Shown here piece by piece: positions 18,945 through 26,159 of a stretch of 36,164 bases of DNA (position 1 is its first letter; each line of letters starts with the position of its first letter). Position numbers and translations under genes: made by a program. The notes below the pieces were generated by a model. That model saw only the letters and a program-made list of their open reading frames with translations. It was not told the DNA's origin and searched no databases. This DNA is from Staphylococcus phage PI-Sepi-HH2: the sequence record MT880871.1. The stretch is one strand, 5' to 3'.

Positions 18945-19030
18945 CGTTCGACGAAAACGACCCCGCACCCGCTCAAGAGAAAAAATAAAATCTTAAATCA
19001 CTCACTCCGGGGGGTATTGGGACAGTCTTA
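18945..19030. other. Candidate cos (cohesive end) region: a GC-rich island in an AT-rich intergenic stretch between the HNH and terS genes.
   Basis: cgacgaaaacgaccccgcacccgctcaagag...ccggggggtattgggacagtc is the only GC-rich stretch in the window. The HNH-cos-terS arrangement is known for Staphylococcus cos phages. Confidence 0.3.
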
Positions 19031-19231
19031 ATTTTAATTATAAAAATAAAATTAATTTAAATTATATGTATAAATAAAACTACTAAAGTGTATGTGTCTG
19101 TCACTTAACTAAAAACGAAAAAAATGAAAATTAAAAATTAAATTTTAAAATTCATTTCAACAATCAATAATACAAGTTAACTATATGATCTATATATCAA
19201 AGACAGTCACACACACATCTATGTATATCAC

Positions 19232-19522
19232 TTACCATTGTTCATCATTCCATTGCTTACGACTTCCACCATACACACGACCATGAACCTTATTATGACA
19301 ATCAATACATAAAGTAATTAAGTTATCAATGTTCAAAGCTAAATCAGGTCTAAGGTCAATAGGTTGTATATGATGTACGTTCTGCCCTTTAACTACTTTA
19401 CCTTCTGCTTTACAATGTTGACATTCACGATTGTCACGCAAATAAGCTTTCATTCTTAATTGATTCCAGTCAGTACTGTGATAGAACTTATTACGTTTAT
19501 CCTTAGTATCTAACTCCAACAT
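19232..19522 (-). CDS. HNH endonuclease (packaging-associated in cos phages).
   Basis: 96 aa with the C..C....HH...C..CH zinc/HNH motif (CQHCKAEGK...VHHIQPI...CIDCHNKVHG). ATG with GAGGTGG RBS. Sits upstream of terS. Confidence 0.9.
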   Translation of the reverse strand: MLELDTKDKRNKFYHSTDWNQLRMKAYLRDNRECQHCKAEGKVVKGQNVHHIQPIDLRPDLALNIDNLITLCIDCHNKVHGRVYGGSRKQWNDEQW

Positions 19523-19730
19523 TGCTTAACCACCTCAAGTATTTAAGTTTATATAATTAATTACTAAATCAATTCTTTATGATCAATATCTAAAATTAAT
19601 TTATCCTAAAAAAATTTACTGTATAAATTTTTAAAACCAATTTTTATTTATCGTAATGCTTATTCAGTATAATTTTTACTATATCTTTTTAATATCTATA
19701 AACTAACCCACCTCTAATTTTTCTAGGGTA

Positions 19731-19790
19731 TACAAAAAACCACCAGACTATTTTATACACAGTATAAAAATCTGATGGGTATATTTTTGT
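19731..19790. terminator. Bidirectional intrinsic terminator downstream of the 205-aa moron gene.
   Basis: Imperfect hairpin (8-bp TTTTATAC/GTATAAAA core plus 4-bp CAGA/TCTG extension). It is flanked by an A-run upstream and a T-run downstream, giving U-tracts on both strands. Confidence 0.5.
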
Positions 19791-19803
19791 ATGGGTATTA
19801 TTT

Positions 19804-20421
19804 TTATTTATATGTATTATTAAACTGATTAAATAAAATCTTCTGTAACTCTTTATTTACACCATATTTAAAAAAAGATATGTTGCCTATTACTTCATTA
19901 ATCATTATTATATCATTCTTTTTAACTTTCCTATCTTCCAATGATTCTGCAATATAAGATAACCTACTACCCAATTTTTTTATTTCATTAAGGAGTTTCT
20001 CATTTGCTTTTTTTAGTAGCTCTGCATCATTGCTATCTAAATAGTAATTTAAAAACTCACTGAATGTTAGCATTTCATTATTAAAACTTCCTACATATGA
20101 AAGCATGCTATTTAATAACTTACGTTGTATTGCTTTATCATTCTCATCAATTATTTCAAAATAAATTTTAGATAAAGTTTCAAATCTATTATTTAATATT
20201 TTTATAGAATTATTAACTAAGTAAGATATCATTTCATAGTTTTTAACTCTTTTATCTAACTCATTCTGCTTTTCAATGTAGTCGTTTTGATTTTTATTCT
20301 GAAGATGTGCTACATATATAGCAATTCCACCAGCTATTACTGCACCTATTAATGCACCAAATAATGTTCCACAAAAGCTTAACCAATCACCTGGTTCTAT
20401 TCCTTTGCTTAAAGTCAACAT
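19804..20421 (-). CDS. Membrane-anchored protein of unknown function (205 aa). A moron between the late activator and the HNH/terS genes.
   Basis: ATG with AGAGAGG RBS. One N-terminal TM helix (LSFCGTLFGALIGAVIAGGIAIYVA) followed by a helical/coiled soluble domain. It has its own upstream TATAAT box and a downstream terminator. Confidence 0.6.
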   Translation of the reverse strand: MLTLSKGIEPGDWLSFCGTLFGALIGAVIAGGIAIYVAHLQNKNQNDYIEKQNELDKRVKNYEMISYLVNNSIKILNNRFETLSKIYFEIIDENDKAIQRKLLNSMLSYVGSFNNEMLTFSEFLNYYLDSNDAELLKKANEKLLNEIKKLGSRLSYIAESLEDRKVKKNDIIMINEVIGNISFFKYGVNKELQKILFNQFNNTYK

Positions 20422-20482
20422 ATAATATAGCCTCTCTTTATTTATAGTTATATTATATACTACACTATTTATTTAAATTTTA

Positions 20483-20510
20483 GAACGCCCGATTGTTCTA
20501 TCGGACGTTC
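20483..20510. terminator. Hairpin downstream of the late-activator gene; a possible terminator.
   Basis: 11-bp stem gaacgcccgat/atcggacgttc with one mismatch and a 6-nt loop. The flanking U-tract is weak. Confidence 0.35.
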
Positions 20511-20624
20511 TTCGTGTAGGATAAAATAACTTTTCAAAGGAGGAACATACCATGAGAATCACAACAGCTTGAGATAGTCGTCGTTAAAACTATCTCAATA
20601 ATGTATCATTCGTATAGCAAAAAT

Positions 20625-21116
20625 TTATAAAAACAAATTACACTGCATCTCACTATTAATTTTATTAACTGCTCTCTTTAAATAACTTTGTGCAGCACTT
20701 TTACTAATGTTTAATAATCCTGCAACATCATTTAAACTTAACTGTTCACATTTGTGCATTAAGAAAACATCTAGCTCTTGCTTAGTTAATTTCATTAAAG
20801 CGTAGTAAGATTGATGATTAACATCGTGAATAAAATCACTGTATTCATCTTCACTCTGTTTTTGGTACATTGACTGATTAATCATCTTTTCAATCGTTTC
20901 AGGATTAACTAAATAACATTGACGTTTATCTATCGCATTATAATTATTAGGCTCGTGTCCCTCTCTCAACCATTCAATCACATAATTAATATCACTTAAT
21001 ATCTGTCTATTTAATGCAAGTTCGTTAATGTCTACAACATCACACTGCATTAAACTTTTTATCCGTTTTAAAACTTTATTTTTACTTAATAGATACGACA
21101 TTAACAAATCTAACAT
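20625..21116 (-). CDS. Late-gene transcriptional activator (RinA/ArpU/sigma-like, C-terminal HTH).
   Basis: Position upstream of the packaging genes. The C-terminal region LSLNDVAGLLNISKSAAQSYLKRAVNKI is sigma region-4-like. The likely start is ATG 21116 (AGAGGTG RBS); the track start at 21125 is GTG. Confidence 0.6.
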   Translation of the reverse strand: MLDLLMSYLLSKNKVLKRIKSLMQCDVVDINELALNRQILSDINYVIEWLREGHEPNNYNAIDKRQCYLVNPETIEKMINQSMYQKQSEDEYSDFIHDVNHQSYYALMKLTKQELDVFLMHKCEQLSLNDVAGLLNISKSAAQSYLKRAVNKINSEMQCNLFL

Positions 21117-21169
21117 TAAAAGCACCTCTTTATTTTATACAGTGTAATAATACACTAAAATCTGGTATT

Positions 21170-21455
21170 TGTCTTATGTCATAAGACAATTTTCTGAGTA
21201 AAAAGACACCCAGCAAATCCTTTATTATCAAGGCTTTGAGTCAAATTTCAAGGCCATTTGTCTGTCTTATGTATTAATATTTTTCTTTTATATATATTAT
21301 TATATATAGTAGTCTTTTTTATATAAGAAGTTAAAAACACATAAGACACATAAGACACTTTATGAAAATATAGATTTAACTGTTGATGAATAAAGCTTTG
21401 AAGGTGTCTTATGTGTGTCTTATTATATTAAATTTTGTCTTATGTACATAAGACA
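21170..21455. repeat. Iteron array: about 9 copies of TGTCTTATG / CATAAGACA in both orientations, including two palindromes, flanking an AT-rich core. Candidate phage origin of replication.
   Basis: Sites at 21170-21188 (9+1+9 palindrome), 21263-21271, 21349-21366 (tandem ACATAAGAC x2), 21405-21413, 21416-21424 (degenerate) and 21436-21455 (perfect 10+10 palindrome). The AT-rich core spans 21280-21335. Confidence 0.6.
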
Positions 21456-23314
21456 TATATATGTTCTCTTATACCATTCACTCTAATTTGTTTTGATTCT
21501 ACTTTTTTTAAACGACATACCTCTTTAGTAAAAACTGCTCTACTCACAGACTTGTATCCATATTCAACACAGTATTCACTATATTGTGTATAGATATCTT
21601 TAGTCGATTCATTCTCTATTTTAGGTTCTTCATTATTAAGAAATGCTAAAACAGGATTGTTTCTTTCTTTGTATGCTTCTATTTCTTCTGTTACTGATTT
21701 AGGTTTGGTGAAGCGATTATTTTTTAACAATCGTTTTAATCCTCTTATAGCCATGACTAAACAATACTGTAATGAATCAGGACTTAGTAACTTATCAATA
21801 ATGAATGGGTCGTAATCATCGTCTTTATTCGTGAATTTAGCTTTAAAAGGTACAATCATTAAACGTCTGTTAAGTCCGTCTGTTTTATCATCAATTCTTG
21901 GTACTTCATTCGCACTAAAAATAAGCTTTGCATAGTTACGTAAATCAAAAGGGTCTTTTCCCTTACGCTCAACAACTAATGTTTCACCTGTAGCTAGATT
22001 TTTCAGTTCTGCACTATCTTTAATAAAACCTTTTCCAATATCATCGCCTAGATTGACTAACTTGCCGAATAATTCTGCTGTTTTAAAACGGCCGTTCAAA
22101 TCTTTAAGTGCGACGCTTGATGTATTGGTATCGCCGACTAATGAACGTAAAATCTTTAAGAATGATGATTTACCATTACTTCCACCACCCGTTAAAATGA
22201 AAAACTTACCATATTCATTACGTCTAAATAATGTGTAACCTAAAATCTCTTCAAATAAATTTCTTAATTCATGGTCATTTACTGCTAGCTTATTAAATGT
22301 TTTATCAGTGATTTCATGATAGCTATCTTCCATATATGGAACGGGTATTTTATTTTTTACAATTATTTCAGGTGTGAATGGTTGCATTGAATTAGTATTT
22401 AAATCATATATTCCATTTGCTAGTGTTAAATAATTCACTGGTGATAATTCTTTTTGTTCCGTCTGTAGCTGTAAATAAGATAGCGTTTCTTGTCGTTGTA
22501 TCTTTTTTAAACCAGGAATATGTTTAATCATTAATCTTTCTATATCGTCTTGTTTATCAGAATAATAACCGTCAATATAAATATGCAAAATATCTGCTAT
22601 TCTAATAATGTGATACTCATTAATAAGGTATTTAGCGAATAAATCATGTTGAAATTTACCATTAATAAAAAAAGATTCTTTTAAAAAAGCGTCATCACGT
22701 AAAACAATATCCAATTCTTTATCAGATATAGGTTCAAATAGCACATGTTTATTAATTAACCTTATTGTATTTCGTATTTCCTCCTTACTCATCGCTATTT
22801 GTTGTAATTTAAGAATGTAATTAAATAATGTTTGGTTTCGTCCGTCACCCTCTGCAAGTTCAGTGAAACCTGGATCTGTTTTAAATGACGCTTCTAACCA
22901 TTTTGGCAACTCATCAATTTCAGTTTCATCAACACGTTTAAGCCATTTTCTAAACTCTCCATTAATTTTTAAAGGGTCGCAACTATTTTTAATTCCTAAC
23001 TTATAATCGCACATAATACCAATAGCTGAAAAATTCTTAGTTTTATTATTGGTCATGTTATAACCTTTGAAATAAAAATGCATACCATTGTCAGTTTCTA
23101 GAATATTACATTTAATTTGTTCACCTTCAATGATGTTAAGTAATAACTGTGCTTCATTCATATCATCAACATCAACCATAATGTAATCTTCATCTAACAC
23201 ACCAACAAAACTTTTTAATGCTCTAGCTTGTTTATAGTCTAATAACGCATCTTTATTATCTTTAAAAGTTGTAATAGTACGCTTTCCACTCGACTTTAAA
23301 TAACCTTTATACAT
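21440..23314 (-). CDS. DNA primase / replication initiator: N-terminal Prim-Pol domain with a C-terminal D5/VirE-like P-loop NTPase.
   Basis: MVDVDD acidic primase motif; Walker A LTGGGSNGKSSF. 624 aa from ATG 23314 (GGAGG RBS 7 nt upstream); the track start 23341 is an upstream in-frame ATG. Confidence 0.75.
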   Translation of the reverse strand: MYKGYLKSSGKRTITTFKDNKDALLDYKQARALKSFVGVLDEDYIMVDVDDMNEAQLLLNIIEGEQIKCNILETDNGMHFYFKGYNMTNNKTKNFSAIGIMCDYKLGIKNSCDPLKINGEFRKWLKRVDETEIDELPKWLEASFKTDPGFTELAEGDGRNQTLFNYILKLQQIAMSKEEIRNTIRLINKHVLFEPISDKELDIVLRDDAFLKESFFINGKFQHDLFAKYLINEYHIIRIADILHIYIDGYYSDKQDDIERLMIKHIPGLKKIQRQETLSYLQLQTEQKELSPVNYLTLANGIYDLNTNSMQPFTPEIIVKNKIPVPYMEDSYHEITDKTFNKLAVNDHELRNLFEEILGYTLFRRNEYGKFFILTGGGSNGKSSFLKILRSLVGDTNTSSVALKDLNGRFKTAELFGKLVNLGDDIGKGFIKDSAELKNLATGETLVVERKGKDPFDLRNYAKLIFSANEVPRIDDKTDGLNRRLMIVPFKAKFTNKDDDYDPFIIDKLLSPDSLQYCLVMAIRGLKRLLKNNRFTKPKSVTEEIEAYKERNNPVLAFLNNEEPKIENESTKDIYTQYSEYCVEYGYKSVSRAVFTKEVCRLKKVESKQIRVNGIREHIYVLCT

Positions 23315-23343
23315 GAGTAAACCTCCTTTCATGAATGTCATTT

Positions 23344-23538
23344 CTAAGTTGTTTTGGGGTCTAAAATCTTATCAAGTACTATATCAGTCTCTTTTTCAAC
23401 TCTATCCAATACTTTTTGATAAAACATTAATAATTCACTAGTTTCATCAATAGTTAATTGATGATCTAAAGTATTATGAAGTTCTTTAAATTGTTCTGTG
23501 TAGTCAAAATTAGTTTGATAAGTTTCGTCTTTACTCAT
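23344..23538 (-). CDS. Small acidic hypothetical protein (64 aa).
   Basis: ORF with a weak RBS, tightly packed before the primase. Confidence 0.4.
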   Translation of the reverse strand: MSKDETYQTNFDYTEQFKELHNTLDHQLTIDETSELLMFYQKVLDRVEKETDIVLDKILDPKTT

Positions 23539-23564
23539 ATATTGATAAACCTTCTTTCTAAAAT

Positions 23565-23589
23565 AAGGCTAGTTTTAACACTAGCCTTA
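23565..23589 (-). terminator. Perfect 9-bp hairpin (AAGGCTAGT/ACTAGCCTT) between the two small genes; a possible attenuator or terminator.
   Basis: Seen directly in the sequence. The U-tract is weak. Confidence 0.3.
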
Positions 23590-23615
23590 AATTTCATCTA
23601 TATTAATTAAGTTTT

Positions 23616-23861
23616 TCACTTTTTATTTATGGTTTTCACTCGCTTATTAATATCTCCAATTGTGATAAAAACGAGTGCAAATAAGAATGTGAGTAATAAT
23701 TCTAAATAGTTATAACCAATTGCAAATGAAACTGTAATTGCTAAAGAAACTGTTAAAATAATCACATAAATATATGCTATAATGTTGTTCATTGTATTCA
23801 AAAATTGATAAAAACTTATCACACAAATTAAAGTTGATACAATTAATATTAATTCTGTCAT
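23616..23861 (-). CDS. Small integral membrane protein (81 aa, 2-3 TM).
   Basis: ATG with GGAGTG RBS. Almost entirely hydrophobic. Confidence 0.5.
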   Translation of the reverse strand: MTELILIVSTLICVISFYQFLNTMNNIIAYIYVIILTVSLAITVSFAIGYNYLELLLTFLFALVFITIGDINKRVKTINKK

Positions 23862-23928
23862 ATTTTCACTCCTTTATTATTTTGTTTTCTGATATACTTG
23901 GTTAAAATAACAAAATTGAGGTGATTTA

Positions 23929-24396
23929 ATGGATTGGTGGAAACTCACTCCAATTATTATTTCTGTTCTAGCCATGTTTATTTCAGCCATTAATTTTTTA
24001 TATAATTATTCTAGAAACAAGAAGAATTTAGATATTGAATTAATTAATTACTACAACATACCCTATAGCGGTACTTTCGTTAGAATAAATCTTATCAATA
24101 AATCGCTTAATAATATCACGATTACTAAAATGTGTGTTAATAAATACGAAGTTATAAGAAATAAAAAAATTTTTTTCAAATATGATACACGACTTAATTC
24201 CCTGGATTTTGACGTATTTCCTATAAAATTAGAAAGTTATGAAGCAAAAGAACTCTTACTTTATTTTCCAGAACTACATTTTGTTAAAAGTACTGATATA
24301 ACTAAAGATTTATATCAAATTTATAGTTCTAGAGGTAAAGTTAAAAGTAAATTAGTTAATAAATGTAAAGGTGAAAATTATACTTATTTATTATAA
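23929..24396 (+). CDS. Opposite-strand membrane-anchored protein (155 aa) inside the replication module. Candidate superinfection-exclusion or defence moron.
   Basis: ATG with GAGGTGA RBS. N-terminal TM helix (LTPIIISVLAMFISAINFLY) followed by a soluble domain of about 125 aa. It has its own TTGTTT...TAAAAT promoter-like sequence in the 67-nt divergent intergenic region. Confidence 0.6.
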   Translation: MDWWKLTPIIISVLAMFISAINFLYNYSRNKKNLDIELINYYNIPYSGTFVRINLINKSLNNITITKMCVNKYEVIRNKKIFFKYDTRLNSLDFDVFPIKLESYEAKELLLYFPELHFVKSTDITKDLYQIYSSRGKVKSKLVNKCKGENYTYLL

Positions 24397-24423
24397 ATAA
24401 TTAAAGGGTAACTCACATACATT

Positions 24424-24744
24424 TTATAAATTATATAAATCTTCATCTTTAACAAAAGTTCCGTTTATCATCTTACCAGTACGACCTTTAATTTCTTCAT
24501 AGGCGCACTGTAAACATTCTTCTAAACTCATATTATGTTGTTGGGCTAGAATAATTAATGTCACTACAGTGTCGCCTATACCGTCTTTTAAGGCTTCTTT
24601 ATCATTACGTGATAATGCTGCAGCAACTTCACCCGCTTCCTCATAAAATTTTAGTGCTTGTCTGTCTGAATTACCATTGTGTAAATTCTTATCAATACTC
24701 CATTGTTCTACTTTTTTTACTAATTGATCTAATGTGTTAGTCAT
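24424..24744 (-). CDS. MazG-like nucleotide pyrophosphohydrolase.
   Basis: 106 aa with the EEAGEVAAAL...DGIGD MazG/NTP-PPase motifs. GGAGG RBS. Confidence 0.75.
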   Translation of the reverse strand: MTNTLDQLVKKVEQWSIDKNLHNGNSDRQALKFYEEAGEVAAALSRNDKEALKDGIGDTVVTLIILAQQHNMSLEECLQCAYEEIKGRTGKMINGTFVKDEDLYNL

Positions 24745-24808
24745 TTATTTATCCTCCATTATTTTTACTCTTAATTTACTAAGTTGTCATTCTTCTTAGA
24801 TGTTTAGG

Positions 24809-25540
24809 CTAATTTTCTTTGACATTATTGTAATACTCATCTGACCATAAAAATGCTCTATAACCTAAGTTATGATAATTCTTTCTAGCGTTATTACAAG
24901 ATTCATTAATTGTTTGTCTGTTATATAAAGTAATTCTTTCAGCTTCTCTTGTACTCTTAAATTCTCTAATTAATTTACCTTCCTTTGAAACATGAACTAT
25001 TCCTTTACTTTTTGATTTATACCCTGTCAATTTACCTAACTCTGTCATTGATACTTTCTTTAAATTAGAAGGTCTAAAATCTTCTTTAATTCCATTTTTA
25101 GAATAAATTCGTTCATGATTTTCTAAAATACCAATAAACGTTTGGTAGACTAATCGTTTGACTACATATTCGTTACTTTGATATTTAATAGTCATGTGAT
25201 TTTTACGTAAGTAAGGGAACGTGTATGTATAACCAGTTAACGTTTTTCTTCTAAATCGACCCTCATTACTAATGAATAAACCACTTAAATTACTTTCTTT
25301 CCAAATTTCATTTTTAAATTTCAATTTAGCAATTCGCTTTCTTTTTTCTGAAACTGTCAAAGGTTCTTTTGAGATATAGCAATTTAGTTTTGGTAAGTAT
25401 GTTTCCTTTTTAATTGCATTAGCAATATACGATGAAATACTTTTCTTGTTGCCTATTAACTCTTTGAAATAATCTTTTGTAACTATTGTTGTTTTATTGT
25501 AGATAGGCTCCCATATATATAATAATTTTTTCTCTTTCAT
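24809..25540 (-). CDS. Free-standing HNH-family homing endonuclease (HNH_3 with NUMOD4- and NUMOD1/IENR-like motifs).
   Basis: NUMOD4-like EIWKESNLSGLFISNEGRFRR; HNH_3-like ENHERIYSKNGIKEDFRPSNL; C-terminal IENR-like GKLIREFKSTREAERI. Weak RBS, which is typical of homing endonuclease genes. Confidence 0.65.
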   Translation of the reverse strand: MKEKKLLYIWEPIYNKTTIVTKDYFKELIGNKKSISSYIANAIKKETYLPKLNCYISKEPLTVSEKRKRIAKLKFKNEIWKESNLSGLFISNEGRFRRKTLTGYTYTFPYLRKNHMTIKYQSNEYVVKRLVYQTFIGILENHERIYSKNGIKEDFRPSNLKKVSMTELGKLTGYKSKSKGIVHVSKEGKLIREFKSTREAERITLYNRQTINESCNNARKNYHNLGYRAFLWSDEYYNNVKEN

Positions 25541-25546
25541 ATATGA

Positions 25547-25765
25547 TTATTTCCAGCAGTTGATTGCAAACTCGATACTTTTTTTCGCTTTTTTTAGGTC
25601 TTCTAAACCATTTTTTCTAGGTGCACGTAATAAATATTTAAGAGCATTACCAACATGATAAAAAACTGCTGTTGAAGTATATGTTTTGGCTACTGTCTCA
25701 ATAATGGTATGCGCATTAAATTTTCCAAATTGATAATGTTTAGGTTGATTTACTTTATCGTTCAT
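25547..25765 (-). CDS. DUF3310-like small phage protein.
   Basis: PKHYQ...GNALKYLLRAPRKNGLEDLKKA motif resembles DUF3310. The start is ATG 25765 (the track start is GTG). Confidence 0.45.
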   Translation of the reverse strand: MNDKVNQPKHYQFGKFNAHTIIETVAKTYTSTAVFYHVGNALKYLLRAPRKNGLEDLKKAKKSIEFAINCWK

Positions 25766-25795
25766 ATATAACACCCTTTTTATTTTAATTTTTTA

Positions 25796-26146
25796 TTAGT
25801 CTATAATCTTTATCATGACTTTTTCATTACCTATAGTTATTTCTTTACTTTGACTATCCAACAATTGATTTAGTTCACTTTTACTTATGTGTAATTCAGG
25901 TATTTTAAATCTTCTGTCTACATAAGTAATTTCTTTAGTTATAAAAATATCCTCAAATTCAGTATTTAAATGTCTCATAATTAATTCTCTTATCCGTCCT
26001 GATACATAACATTTACCATTTGCTAATCTATACATGTACGTACGATCAATATAAATAGCATTAGCCAAATCTAACAGTGTCATATTATGTGCTAATAAAT
26101 ATTTATCTAAACCTTCACGATTTATAAGTACTTTTATTTTTTTCAT
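25796..26146 (-). CDS. Hypothetical phage protein (116 aa).
   Basis: ATG with GAGG RBS. No motif recognised. Confidence 0.5.
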   Translation of the reverse strand: MKKIKVLINREGLDKYLLAHNMTLLDLANAIYIDRTYMYRLANGKCYVSGRIRELIMRHLNTEFEDIFITKEITYVDRRFKIPELHISKSELNQLLDSQSKEITIGNEKVMIKIID

Positions 26147-26159
26147 TCACAAAACCTCT

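Noticed and set aside
18945-19030. GC-rich island considered as a possible tRNA or small RNA gene
   Set aside because: No cloverleaf can be drawn. There is no acceptor or T-arm complementarity and no GTTC-like T-loop. Its position between hnh and terS fits a cos/packaging site better.
20551-20596. Six-codon plus-strand mini-ORF (ATG AGA ATC ACA ACA GCT TGA) with a perfect AAAGGAGG RBS, followed by a GAGATAG-N12-CTATCTC inverted repeat; considered as a leader peptide or attenuator
   Set aside because: There is no plus-strand gene downstream; the region is the 3' UTR of the minus-strand late-activator gene. The RBS-like sequence is probably fortuitous, although the 7-bp inverted repeat could still be a protein-binding site.
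21170-21455. Repeated 9-10-bp motifs considered as a CRISPR array
   Set aside because: Units are too short, occur in both orientations and as palindromes, and have irregular spacing. There are no cas genes. The pattern matches iterons or operator sites instead.
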